DNA of 64,000 nt from Octopus sinensis (GCF_006345805.1 NC_043001.1:110980001-111044000), one strand, 5' to 3'. Positions 28,219 through 42,193 are shown, counted from the first letter of the stretch. Notes: generated by a model not told the origin, from the sequence alone. A program made the numbers and translations.

Positions 28219-29531
28219 GCCGATGATCAACTAGACGTGCCACTCCAATGAACTTGTGAATACGGAAAAATACCTTCCAGTGACGTGTTTCATTTCGTGA
28301 AGAAGCATGTTTGGCAGGGTACGCTGAGTTCGAAGCGACAATTAGAAGCTCCTTTGTTTAGGTTCTGCTATAGAAACTATCCTATTTGTAGTATTTATTT
28401 AGCAAGAAACGGCTAACAAAATCTGAGTATTATAATATGTACCACTGAAATTCATTTTTTTTTTTTGAGCCTGTATAAATATATTACAACGCAGTGTAAT
28501 ACTTATTATATTTCGAAGGTGTTAATCAAACATATTGATATGGTTAATAAATCAAGAAAAAAGCTGTTCTTAATGACAAATCTAAAAAGAAATGTAATAT
28601 GTGAATGATTTGTCAAATGTAAATAATATCACTCAGGAATCACCCTCAACATTTTACTAGGAATTCAATCGATTACGGAGTTGTTTTAACAGAGAATGCA
28701 ATAAGCGCGTTGCTTCTCATTGTCAAAGTATACAATTTGCAGTGCAGTTAGATGATATTTGTTTAAAAAAGAGAGATTATTATTATGATAAAATAAATAT
28801 TTACTAATCAAGTGAGCACTATTATGCAACGAAATGATAGGACGTAAAATATTAAAATTATTAGAATTGGGAATCTAAGGTCAAAATATCAAAAGACTAG
28901 CAGAAAACCGCCCGGAGGGCAGTCTTTCTGTTAGCATATATTATATATATATATACTCCACAATCTGTGCCCGATAGCTGAGAAGACTGCGTAGGCGAGC
29001 TTAGCAAACCAAATTGCTTAGAGTAGAAGAAGCAGTTCTCATAGAAGTTAGAAGAGTTCAAAAAACAATAAAGAAGACCGTTTAGTATAACGAAAATACA
29101 AGAAAGTTAGTCAAGAGGTCAATGACATTTATGGAATAAAGAAACAGTTCCTTAGAGAGATTTTGTCGTTCTTTCATTTACCTTTGAAATATGCAGACTT
29201 CTTTTGGCGAGCTCTTCTTTTAATCACACGTCTAATGATTTATTTTCTATATATATTTTAAAATCCCAAACATAGGAAGTTGTCTCCAATAAAATAATAT
29301 TAGTATTTAACAAAGACTACTATAAAATAAAATAAAATTTTTTAAAAATATTAATTTAGCATTAGAATTCTTCAAGTTGTATAAAAATAGTTATTGTCTG
29401 CATCATTCGAAAGAGAAATAAATTTTGCATAAAGTATAAAAGATAAAAATAATTTGTATGGTGTTAGTAACAAAATATTTTATAAGAAATAGAACTTTTA
29501 TCATCGGTCTTAAATTTTTTTCGCCAGTGCA

Positions 29532-29581
<50 letters not shown>

Positions 29582-29652
29582 ATAGTAATGCAATACGAGA
29601 GTATTGCTTTCCAGTAAAGGATAGCCCGTGAGGGTAAAATTATACATAAAAG

Positions 29653-29776
29653 TAAATATTTAATATATTTATTATTATCAGTGGAAATATTTGCCATAAC
29701 CAACGCAGTAACAGTATTGTTCAAATGCAATTTCAAATTATTCTCATATTATTGTTCACGTGTTGATTTTATGCAT
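29653..29776. repeat. Direct repeat, copy 2
   Basis: Partner of 28091-28218, offset about 1.56 kb. Confidence 0.92.
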
Positions 29777-29806
29777 GATCCGTTATCTAGGTTTTTCATT
29801 TTTCAG

Positions 29807-29821
29807 ATGTTCTTCCGAGAG
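29807..29821 (+). other. Candidate 15-nt microexon
   Basis: gtttttcatttttcag|ATGTTCTTCCGAGAG|gtaaga. Consensus acceptor and donor; frame-preserving length. Confidence 0.45.
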
Positions 29822-29961
29822 GTAAGACAAATTTTTTCATGTTTGTTGCACACACGCATCTTTACTAGTACATACGCAGTGAAGCTATACATTAGCGTCG
29901 TATTTATTACGTTCGCTATTTTCCAGTAAATATCGGTGCTTCGTTGTACCATTAATTTACT

Positions 29962-29992
<31 letters not shown>

Positions 29993-30049
29993 CATCGGAC
30001 ACAGACTGTTGAGTTGTATGTGTTTAGGGAGGCTGCGTGTGGTGTAGAA

Positions 30050-30099
<50 letters not shown>

Positions 30100-30115
30100 G
30101 TAATATATGTATATA

Positions 30116-30146
<31 letters not shown>

Positions 30147-30149
30147 TAA

Positions 30150-32040
30150 CTACAATAATGATAGAGTTTTTTTAGATAATAACAATAATCAAAATCATGA
30201 TAAATTTACCCGCTCTGCTTCGAGCAACAGTAATTTAAGACTTCTATCCTCAAGTTATTCCACCTCTAATTATAATGCCCCTAGATGTAATTGCAGAATT
30301 AAATCAAAATGCCCGGCCCCGGATTTTGCGGGTTAATTAACATAATCTACAAGTGCTCCGTAACCACAGATATAATAAGTTCTCTTATGTTGGATGCACT
30401 GTAAATTTTAAACAGAGATTGAATAACCATCTCTCATCCTTTAAATTACGTCATAAGGCTGATAGCACCCCTCTTACTAGTAAAAGTTGGGAACTAAAAA
30501 ACAATAATATCAAATATAACCTTAATTGGGAATTAGTCAGAAGAGCAAAACCCTATAAAAATAGCAGAGTAGGCTGCCAACATTGCTCCATGGAAGCATT
30601 GAAATACTAATGTATAGAAATAATGGAGAGAAATTCAATTAAACAGCAGAATTGAACTTGGAAAAAATCTTGTATACATGCTCGGGTTAAGACTCTTAAA
30701 TATTTTAAATGATATTTTAAATGATATCTCAATTGATACTGTATACTGGAATCATTTGCATAAAATTCATTTTGACTTACATATCACTCCTACATAGTAT
30801 ATTCATATATTTAACTAGAAAGATAAGATCTAACTAGCTATGATTATAATTTTTCCTCTCTCTGATGGTACTATTTAATACTTATTGATTTAAATTATTT
30901 GATTTATTTCTATGGACCATATTATTATTAATAAATTAAATTTTGCTCTATTTTTATCTCCATTTCTTAGTTTATTTTTTAACCCATTACAAATATTAGT
31001 TAGTTAAATCTCTAATTTCTTTTACACTAAAAATTAATTCTGCTAATCCCAGACCTATCGTAGTGTATTGTGATGTGATATAATATAACATAATATATAA
31101 TATATATAGTGTAGTGTATATAGTATAGTATAATAATAATATAATTGTTTAATTTCATTTAAAAACAACCCCATTTTTCTTTCCTTTCTAATGACCTCTT
31201 TGTAACCTGACAATCTATTAATAGTAACATTTATAAATAAAGAAATAAATTGTTGACCTCAGTTCGAATTTTGTTCTAAACAAGTTAGATTTTTCTGTTA
31301 GTATCAACTTGTTCCCATCCCCTTAGCTTCCCCTTTCCTTTCTCTTTGAAAGCTTAAATAGCAGTAACTGATTAAATTTCTACTTCCTTCCTCCTCTTTC
31401 TGTTTTCTTGTAAAAATCATTAACAACCTGAACCGCTACAATATAAGACTGTCAGTTTGCTTCTCATTCGGATTCCCTGATATTTTTCGCATGATTGTAC
31501 CCTAAATCTCTTCACAAAACTGGATTATGAACTATAAGGACATACACATATTTTGTAAGCTCAAGACTTTTTCATCGGATCTCCAAAAAATCGAACTTAT
31601 CTGCGATTCTTGTAAATTTCAATAACAATCTGTTCCTCTACACGATATGACAGTCACTTTGCTTTTACTCAGACTTTCCTCTACATGATATGGCAGTCAC
31701 TTTGCCTCTTACTCGGATTTTCAGAAATTTTGCATGACTGTATCCGAAAATTTCTTCACACAATTTGATCAAATATTCAATATGAGCTATATGTAGACAT
31801 GCATAAATTCTGTAGGTTTAAAACCTTTCATCGGATCTCCATGAATCGAACTTTCTTCAATGCAGCTAATCTTACAACCTCTTTTGTATCTACCCCTTTT
31901 GATGTTTGGGAATTCTCTGATGTTTTTGCGGCTGACGAGTACGAGCCATCTGTATTCACTGCATTTTTTGTAGCTTATTAAAGATGTCCTCGTACGAAAC
32001 GATCGTACCGAGATTTTAATCCATTCTTGTTGCTTTTTTC
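30150..32040 (+). mobile_element. 5'-truncated Penelope-like element (GIY-YIG endonuclease plus 3' UTR/pLTR with HHR)
   Basis: CNCRIKSKCP..IIYKC..YVGCT..FKQRLNNH..WELK..WELV..CQHC (30288-30610, frameshifted). HHR at 31929. (TA)n on both sides. Confidence 0.85.
31929..32010 (+). ncRNA. Type-I hammerhead ribozyme with extended stem II
   Basis: cgg-CTGACGA-gtacgag[43 nt]ctcgtac-GAAA-cgatcg-TA-ccg. Palindromic stem III; GUA triplet. Confidence 0.85.
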
Positions 32041-32059
32041 CTATATATTATATATATAT

Positions 32060-32114
<55 letters not shown>

Positions 32115-32689
32115 GTATATACATATATATGTATATACATATATATATATAATATATATATTATATATTATATATGTGTGTGTGTGTCTGTGTGTGTGCA
32201 GATATGCAAGAGAGACAGACAAATAGACTGACAGAGTGTGACATTCGTATATGAGTAGGAGAGTGTGTGTGAGACTTAGTGGTTTGTTACTAGTCTAAAA
32301 ACCATGAGGACTTTACTTCGACTCGTGGATTTAGCACCATTGTCTGTCGTTGAGTCACGTACCTTCCTTCAACTTCCTGTTGTCTACTTAGCTGCAACGG
32401 ATTACAAGTCTAGTTCTGTTGGAGCTTGCCCTCTCTCCTCTGTCACGTTTCAGGATGTCACGTACGGGATATCGGGCGAGTGACTACATCTATACAGAGG
32501 CTTTTGAAAATTTCAAGAAATCATCGTAGAGACCAAAGTACACACACTCTCTCACACACACACAAATGCAAGCGTGCTTCAAAGTATATGAAATATAATC
32601 TGAAATGTCTAAAAACGTAGTAACTGCATTTATATATATGTGTGTATATAGATATTTATATATATATATGTTGTGTGTGTGTGTGTGTG

Positions 32690-32739
<50 letters not shown>

Positions 32740-33835
32740 CACACACGCATATATATCTATATATATATATATGTATATTCATATATAAATTTAAAGATAC
32801 AAGGATTGTGCTTTCTCAGAAAAGTATTTTAAGTTGTAAACTAATATTACACTTAATTTAGAGTTTAAGAGTTTTTACCCCCAAAATCATTATTCGGAAC
32901 ACACACACACACACACACATACACACACACACGCACACATACATACACACAAGCTCACACATACAGGAGCTCTCAAATATACACACCCTGAGAAAATTGT
33001 AAGCTATACATTGCAGACCACTTTACACTGTTTTCCATTTTAACGGGTTTTAAAATATTGTTTGTTATTTATCGATAATTGTTCCATGATGTTTAAAGCA
33101 GATTCATGTTTGCAGATTTTCTCAACGTAATGTTAGTCTTTATGAGAAAGGTGTAAATAATGGTTAGAACTGTCAGAACGTCTTAGCTTGATTTACAAAC
33201 TTTAAATATTTTGTTTTTATGTTCTGAGATGTTTGTAGTTTTGTTTGACATATACATTTGAGTTTTAGGCTTCTGTTTTGAAAGAAGCAATAACTTTCTC
33301 CAATGGAATTTTACTCACTAGGTAGAAAAAGTACATTAAAAATATATTCAGCGTTTTATGCTAATGACAGTTTAGAGCATATATGAACGTTGGTATATGT
33401 TAATAAAAGAAATATTTGTTCATTCGTTACTGTGCCATCATGGCATAGCAATACTATATGGAAATTATCCATACTTTGGTAATATTAGAAGCCACAATTG
33501 TGTGTCTTTATTTATGGGCGTTTTTCTTGTATATGGTTTCATAATCTGTTGCAGATACAACGTCATTTCGTCTCGAGTGATATGCCTTTTAGTACAATAT
33601 TGTGTACATAACGCGTTTTGCATGCTATAATGTATGTTAAGCCATGAGAATAACAAAATGAGTTACTTTAAATTTTGAAGTTTGAATCCTGTGCCTTCTA
33701 AGAGACAGCTACATAGTTCACATTCCGGAAAGTTCATTTATTTACTCTAGATTCCGAAATATGCTGATTTATATTTCGCATATTTTATATGAATGGAATG
33801 TTTTTCAAGACGATTCTTATGTTATTTTCTTTTAG

Positions 33836-33901
33836 GAGACAGGTGAAAGGTTTACAGAGATGCTGTGGAGTACTGTGGCGCCCTTCGTGTTTGAAGTTGA
33901 A
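33836..33901 (+). other. Candidate 66-nt exon
   Basis: gttattttcttttag|GAGACA..GTTGAA|gtatgt. More GC-rich than its flanks; two frames open. Confidence 0.5.
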
Positions 33902-35944
33902 GTATGTTGACACATAATACTTACGCTTTGTAGAAGTTTGAAGAAGCTCCTCTAACTTGAATTGATTTCTGATTTTTTTACCTTAATGCGATATTGTATA
34001 GTATGTATATGTCCAGATCGGTTCCTCCACGTGCATCTCCAGGCCTCTACTTGCCACAGCTCATCTTTCGCGTCTGGCGCTGCAGCTGCGCCCAGCTTCC
34101 GCGCCTCACGGGCGGTCACTGTGTGTTTCCGGCGTCGTTTGTGATGTTACGGTGGTAAACCACTCTGGGTTGGTTATGCAATCCCTTCGGTGGCACGCCG
34201 CCGAGTCTAGATTAGTCGTTTGGCGAATCCAGTATTTCTAAGTGGAGACAGGTGGAAGAAGGCTATACGAGACGAATCGATCAAAGGTCTGAGTTGCCCT
34301 TTGTTATCCGGGACCACACGTGCACTACATCGGTGTTATCACCGAGCACGCATTCTCCGGTCCGATAGGGTGCAGTGAGAGAGGAAGAGTCGGTGAGAGA
34401 GAGGACAATTATGCAGATACACAAATTAGACACATCGATTATATTATATACATAGAAATTCAATATATTTATATGCAGAATTGAGTAAGTCATCACGTGA
34501 GCGAATTTTTATGTATAAATATACAGATATTTATAAATGCCTATAAATTTATTCATTGAAATTCATCATCTGAAACTTTCCACATTTTGCTTTCTCTCGC
34601 TCCGCATATATACATATATACATGTTTTTGTATTTGATATATTTAATACATTCAATATATTTGATGTGTATAATTCGTTTATCAGCATAATTTCCTCTCT
34701 CTCTCTCTTTCTCTCTGTGTATATATGTATATAATATATATATATTTATATATATATATATATATATATATCGTGTGTGTGTACATATAGGGTGGTGCAC
34801 AGAAAGGTAGGTCACCTTTCATAGCATAGTTTACATTTAGTAAATCTACATGCAAAAACAACCCCACGCCCTTGCAAGTGTATTTTTGTTTGTGTTTGTG
34901 TATGTATGCATGCATGTATATATATATTTATGTGCAGATTTGTGTGTTTTATGTATGTATTCTCATGCATATAGTTACATATCTAGACATGCTCATATAT
35001 ATTTAAAAGGTAAACTTCTGGAAAGATTTAAAGAATTCTGCAATTCCAGTACTGGATTGGATATGTAGTCTTCGAATTAACTTTTTCGTTTTGGGGTTTG
35101 AGAAGCCTAATTTCTCAAGATTTGTATTTAGGCAGCGTGTTACATATAACAGGCCCCCAATAATAACGGGTATAAACCTGAACTTGTACTCCACATAGAG
35201 TAAGTGCAGATTTCTCAATATGTATGTATAAATGTATGTAGGCGTGTATGTACGTATCCATGCACGTGTGTGTGTATATATCTATGTATGCATGTATGTA
35301 TGAATAATGCATCTATCGTTAAATCGATTTCATCCATTATACATCGCTGGAATTCCGTTGAGTATTCTATACTTATGGTATTTTGCAACCTTATGGTATT
35401 TTACAACTTTATATTCCCTATTATTAGAAATATTCATGTTCTCAACATCATTTATTTCATATTCTTATTAACTCCAGATAGCTCAGAGGCAAAGATGTTT
35501 ATATATAAACCTCAGATGAGAGTTAAATATTAACTGAAATTTTAGCAAATTCTGAAAAAAAAATGCGTTAGAAAGAAATATCTAAGACGATTTGGCTTTT
35601 TTGATGATTGGGTAGTAACAATATATATAACAATAAATTTCTAGTGAGTGTGCTACATATATATAGAGAGAATGGATTTTCAGAGGCGTAGCCTGCTGCA
35701 TACATACACACCCAGATACACGCATATATGCACTACGTGTACAATTCTGCATTAGTTAATAATTATAGTTGTATGGGCTATATTAAAGTTAATATCTAAA
35801 TGCTTTTATTTAGTTACAGATTATTTATATCTCCATATTCAACATTCATGTTTGTATTTATTAGGTAAATGGATGTGCACTCCAGCAGTGAAAAAATTAA
35901 GGGTATGATGAAAACATAGGTCGACCATTTTGAATTGCCAATAA

Positions 35945-36018
<74 letters not shown>

Positions 36019-36039
36019 TTGTACGTGTGTGTATATGTT

Positions 36040-36225
36040 TATGTGTCTGTGTTTGTCACCCCAACATCGCTTCACAACCGTAACTTAGCGGTTCGGCAGA
36101 AATCGATAGACTAAGTACTAGGCTTACAAAGAATAAGTCCTGGGGGGTCGATTTTCTCGACTAAAGGCGGTGCTCCAGCATGGCCACAGTCAAATGACTG
36201 AAACAAGTAGAATAGTAAAAGAGTA
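36040..36225 (+). mobile_element. SINE family B, 3' half
   Basis: Matches 21400-21598. Confidence 0.88.
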
Positions 36226-36843
36226 AATAAACTGTAAACTTCAAAACGACGAAAATTTTTGACAACTTAAGTTGAAATGTTGGAGTGAATCTAACGGTTT
36301 TTGTGCGTTTCTTAAATGGCTTATAAACACCTTCCATGCTGAAATAGTTTTCGTTCCTGCACACGATCTCAGACCAGGTCACTTGCTATGCAAGTACATC
36401 TCCGTAATAAATCATTTTATTTTATGGAAAAAGAAAATGAATAATAGAGGCGTGTATATGCAGTACCCAGTACACAAGCGACATGCATTTAAACCTTACA
36501 AAGAAATTCGGTTGTATAACAAGGGAGGCTGAAATACGGACTGCTTATTCATTTTAACAGGAGAGAAAACGATAGAGAAAGGAAGACAGAGTTAAGAAAC
36601 GAAGACAATCTGATAATTGACATAAATGAAGCAGCGTTAAGGGAATAAAGTAAAAAGATATGTTTAAACACAATTAATAGGATATCATTAAAGAATTGAA
36701 GACAAAGATCACTTGGGAAGGCTTCAATATGAAGATAATTGTCTAAATGAAGAAAAGCTGACTGAGGTACAAGGTGACGAATATCTATCTTAATTCTGAA
36801 TTGTAATCAATCATATAAGATTTGATTTATTTTCATTTCACAG

Positions 36844-36907
36844 ATGTTTAAAAGGCCATTCTTGGCCAGAATGAATAATTATAAGCGGTGATATATTCCA
36901 CCACGCT
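36844..36907 (+). other. Candidate 64-nt exon (contains stops in all frames, so terminal-coding or non-coding)
   Basis: gatttattttcatttcacag|ATGTTT..CACGCT|gtgagt. Confidence 0.45.
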
Positions 36908-37039
36908 GTGAGTGTAATCGGAATTAATTAGATATTTGTTTGGTTCACTGTAGTCTGCAGAAGTGCAAGAGGTCTTTCGCTGCTTCAAGCAGGTAATAAA
37001 GGCAATGAAAACTATAAGTAGTTATAGAACAAGGGAGGA

Positions 37040-37810
37040 AGTCGGCGAGCTGGAAGAAACGTTAGCACGCCGAGTGAAAAGCGCAGCCGTATTTCATCTG
37101 AAAAAACTGCTGGTCTTGTACCAATATTTGATACCATCGCTTATATGCTGTAAGGAGGCGAGCTGAAAGAATCGTTAGTAGACCCAACAAAATTCTTCGC
37201 GGAGTGTTATTAAGTTAGACATAGCCTGGGCCTATACTGGCCAAAACCTCAGTTATTTCTTCTAGCTCTGAGTTCAAACTCCGATGCAAATGACTTTGTC
37301 TTTGTTTTTTTTTCTGTGTCATTAAAAGAAGTATTAGATGGGTAATGAGGTCCATGTGATCGATTATCCACACCACAAAAAAAAAATCCATGCCCAGTGG
37401 TATATAAACAAAGTAGACGGCGGGCGAGCTGGCAGAAACGTTAGCACGCCGGGCGAAATTCTTAGCAGTATTTCGTCGGCCGTTACGTTCTGAGTTCAAA
37501 TTCCGCCCAGGTCGACTTTGCCTTTCATCCTTTCGGAGTCGATTAAATAAGTACCAGTTACGCACTGGGGTCGACATAATCGACTTAATCCGTTGTTTTT
37601 ACTTGTTTGTCCTCCCTGTGTTTAGCCCCTTGTCAGTAGTAAAGAAATAGAAATACGTATTTCTTCTGCCACTTCCTTGAGATCAAACTATGCCGAGGTC
37701 GTCTCTGCCGTTCATGCCTTTCGGAGGTCGATAAATTAAGTATCAGTGAAACCCTTGGATCGATGTGATCGACTAGTCTCCTCCCCAAAATGTCAAGCCT
37801 TGTGCTTGTA
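37040..37810 (+). mobile_element. Cluster of SINE-A copies (two old heads, one young tail-Y copy at about 37421-37656, one partial tail-X copy)
   Basis: ggcgagctg..gaa[a/t]cgttag heads near 37046, 37157 and 37423. The core resumes at 37657. Confidence 0.85.
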
Positions 37811-38128
37811 TCAGGAAGGATGTAGAAGAAGGTAGGGGTGAAAAGAGAAAATAAAACGATGAGATGATGCAGAAAGAATAACGTAACATAGTGTAACACA
37901 AGGAAAGGAGCGAAAGAAAGAAAAGGAGAGACATTGGAGGAGGACATGTATTACACTATTACGTTTACTGTACATAAATATGATTAGGGTTGACGAAAAA
38001 ATGAAGAAATAATTGTTTATAATATTTAAAGCATTAAATGTATCTCAATCACTCAATTCCTAGGTAACTATGTCTCACTCTCTATTTCTCATTCTTTCTC
38101 CCTCACTTTTTCTCTCTCGCCCATGTTG

Positions 38129-38168
<40 letters not shown>

Positions 38169-38717
38169 AAGTTGAGTTGTGGGGTATCGCACGAGTGGGA
38201 TTATATATGAAAAAAGGTTTGAAAATGCAATTTAAACGATGTTTATTTACTTAACCGGTTTCACTCTTTGGTAAAAGATTGTCAAAAGAAACTTTGAATA
38301 TTATGGGTTCAAAAAAAGTTTTTTTACATAATTGTCACATTGAATATTATGAATTCAAAAATGTTTTTTTATACATAATTGTCACATTACATATAAACAT
38401 AGTATAAAAAAGTTCAATAGTATGATGAGAATATTTGGAAAAATTGGCAGAAAAGAATAAAATAAATTATTATTGGAAATTTGGTTGCGTTAATTATTGG
38501 TTGTCGCCAATTGTCACATTACATGTATATATATACAGTCTTTGGTAGAAAGGACATGTTAAAGAATAAGGAAGTGTAATAGTTTGGTGAGAAAGCTTGT
38601 AATATTGACAGAGAAAATTAAAAGGAGAGATACAGAGTTTTTATATCCTCTTGAAAGGATTTTTATTTGTGGTGTCGACAGGTTTAGGTTAGAGAAATTC
38701 ACTATTTTTGACACCAG

Positions 38718-40983
38718 ATGGTAGATACCAACCCCGAAAAACCAAAAATAGTGAATCTCTCTAACCTAAACCTGTCGACACCACATAAAAATCCTTTCAA
38801 GAGGACTAAAATTCACCCCAACTCCGCAATACCCTAACCTGAGGGAAATACAGGATGACATCTCACACTTTTGCAGAAAATTAAGCCTCACAGAGGAATT
38901 TTTGACAGGAAAACTAATAATAACGACGAATCAATGGTCGTAACAAAAGCAACTATAATCCCATAAAAGGCAAAAACAAAACCTTAGACAAATTTTGCGA
39001 TTACATCTCAAACTTCCCTTATGGTGAACTCCCACAACCTAAACTCAAACCCAACACCAGTAAAAGAGAATAGGAAATCATCCATACGCTACGAGACAAT
39101 CATAACGTCACAATAAAGGAAGCTGATAAGGGTAGTACGGTCGTTGTTATGAATACTGAGCAATATAAAAACTCTGTATCTCTCCTTTTAGAGGATACCA
39201 CATACTATGAGAGAGTAGGCGACTACCAGCAATCCAAAACAATGACCAAACTGAAGGCACTCATTTACCAAACCGGAATGACTTGACAGCAAAGGAATGC
39301 GACTACATTACTAAATTAATTGCAAAACCAGCACACTCTATGGGCTTCAAAAATACACAAGAGTCAAATTATCACAGAAGCTTGCAAAAAGTCCACTTCA
39401 ACCTGCATCACTATACCACATCCCACTGATCTCAAACTGAGACCAATAGTGGCAGGCCCAAGTTGTGAAACACACAGACTTAGCAACTTTATAGATATCA
39501 TCTTAAAGCCAATACTGAAACACATTCCAAGTATTGTAAGAGATGACCTGGACCTATTAAATCATCTCCCCAAACATGCCGATAAAGACACCTTAATCGT
39601 TTCTTTTGATGTTATTAATCTTTACACCACAATCCCACATGAATATGGACTGGAAGCCATTAAATTCTGGCTGGATAAATATCCCAATGAGATCCGGAAA
39701 GAATTAAAAAAAATTCATAATTGAGGGCCTCAAATTTATTCTGCAAAACAACTTCATGTATTTCCACAACAACACTTACAGACAGGTCTCAGGAACTGCA
39801 ATGGGTACGAAAGTTGCACCTACCTATGCAAACCTGGTGATGGCCTACCTGGAATCACATATCTATGAAAAATCCAAATATAAGTACGGCCAGTCTTTCC
39901 ACAAATACCTGTTGGAGAACTGGAAACGCTACTTAGATGATTGCCTCATCCTATGGTCCCACACACTCGACCAACTTAAAGACTTCAAAAACCTTATCAA
40001 CAGTGTTAATAACAACATTCAATTCACAATGGAATATAGTCAGGACCAACTCCCTTTTCTTGACATCCTAATCATTAAAAAAGGCGTCAACATTGAAACT
40101 GACATCCATTACAAACCCACTGACTCTAAACAATACCTTCTATTCACCTCCAATCACCCAAAACACACAAAGACAAATATCCCCTTCAACCTAGCGAGAA
40201 GAATCTGCACTATTGTCTCAAATGACACAACACGAAATAGAAGACTCCGGGAACTAAGGGCAATTCTTCTCGAAAGACATTACCCGGCATCACTAGTAGA
40301 CAACGGAATAGAACGGGCCAAATCAATCAACATTCAAGACCTACGAAAACCCAAACACATCCAAAGTACAGTAAATAGCCTCCCTATCTCTCAACACACA
40401 ACCAAGGAATGCAGAAGCTTACACTATTATATACAACAACATTCCACAACTAAATCAAGACCCACGCCTGAAAAAAATACTGGCAGCTCATAAAATAATA
40501 AAAAGTAAGAGACAACCTAAATCCCTAAAAAACCTCCTCACCAACGCAAAATTACACAACACAAACCCACCGCCCACCATCAAAAAATGTGGTCGCCCCA
40601 ATTGCAAGACCTGCATCCACCTCATTGAGGGATCGTCGTACAAGTTCCACTCGGGACACACATTCATCATAAAAAATAATTTCACGTGCGCATCAAAAAA
40701 TTTACTCTACGTCATAAGGTGTGAAGGATGCCACGAAGACTACATAGGGCAAACGAGCCTTACCCTCAGAGAAAGAATGACAGTTCACCGACAACAACTG
40801 AGGGACCCCTCCACAAGACAGATACCACTAAGTGGGCACTTAGACCTTTGTGCACACAATAAGTCCCCCAAATTCTTAGTCTTCCCACTATACCAATGCT
40901 CGGACAACACCACAGACCAAACACGAATAAATAAGGAATGTAATCTTATTCAAAAATACAGACCACAACTAAACATACTCTAA
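38718..40983 (+). pseudogene. PLE reverse transcriptase / GIY-YIG endonuclease polyprotein, disrupted (Neptune-like Cys linker)
   Basis: IVNLSNLNLS../LSRGLKFTPTP; IKEADKGSTVVVM; LRPIVAGP; SFDVINLYTTIP; GTAMGTKVAPTYANL; RYLDD; KCGRPNCKTC; LLYVIRCEGCHEDYIGQT..LRERMTVH. Several frameshifts and stops. Confidence 0.93.
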
Positions 40984-41129
40984 CATGCCCCCTGGGCACA
41001 CATCCAGAGCAGGCACACAGGGGCACGCGCACACTCACAGCATATCGTGCGGGCGGGCACATGCGCGCATCGGCACGCATAGGACACACTAGCGGGCATT
41101 GACCGCACACATACGTGGCACGCACACGT

Positions 41130-42193
41130 AGGTATGGTATGTGTGGTGTGTGGTGTTGTGTTGTGTGTGTGTGAGTGTGCACGTTGTGTGTGTGCGCGTG
41201 TGTATATGTATGTGTGTGTGTGTGTGTGCGTGTGTGTATGCGCGCGTTGTGTGTGTGTGTGTACACGTGTGTATATATGTGGATGTGTGTGTGCACTGTG
41301 TGCGTGTGTGTGTGTATGGTGTGTGTGTGTGAGCATTGTGTACGTGTGTATGTATTTACATGTGTATTTGTTTTTATATATATATAGTGTGTGTGCTGTG
41401 TGTGTATATGCATGGTATGTGTGTATATGCATGGTATGTGTGTATATGTGAGTACATTGTTTGTGTGTGTGTGCGGTATGTAGAGATATATTTGAGTGTG
41501 TACGCTATAGGTTTGTATTTTGTGTGTGTGGGTGGGTGTGTGTGATTTTTATATATATGTGTGTGTATGTGTGTGAAAAATATATGTATGTGCATGTATG
41601 TATGTATGTATATGTATATATATATATATATGTGTATATATATATATGTGTGGTGTATGTGTGTGTGTGTATATATATTTTCATATATATGTGTGTATAA
41701 ACATGTGCATTATTTGCATGCGCATTGTGTATATGTATATTGTATGTATGTGACTGTATATGTATGTGTACAATTAAGTGTATATATGTGTGTATGTGTG
41801 CATTGTATATATGTATATTGTAAGTGTGCTATATATACATGAATACATGTATATACGTTGCGTGTATATATATATATGCATTGTGTATGTATGCTATGTG
41901 TGTGTGTGTCTATATATATTATATGTATGCGTACGTGTATGTGTATGCATTGTATGTATGTATATTGTGTGTATATGTGGTATATCTATGTATGTGTATG
42001 TAAACACTATTTATATGTATATATGTATATATGTATATGCATTGTCTATATATATATATATTATATGTATGTATTGCGTATGTATATTGCATACTATATG
42101 TGTATGTGTATTATATACATGCTGTGTATGTGTATGTGTATGTGTATATATATGCTAGGTGTATTTGTGTGATATTTATATTATGTATATATG

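Noticed and set aside
36871-36873. TGA as selenocysteine (..WPE*IIISGD..)
   Set aside because: No SECIS or selenoprotein homology is recognisable, and a plain stop is more parsimonious.
38646-38805. Long hairpin resembling a miRNA precursor or MITE
   Set aside because: The right arm is PLE coding sequence (IVNLSNLNLS). The hairpin is explained by the inverted 5' rearrangement.
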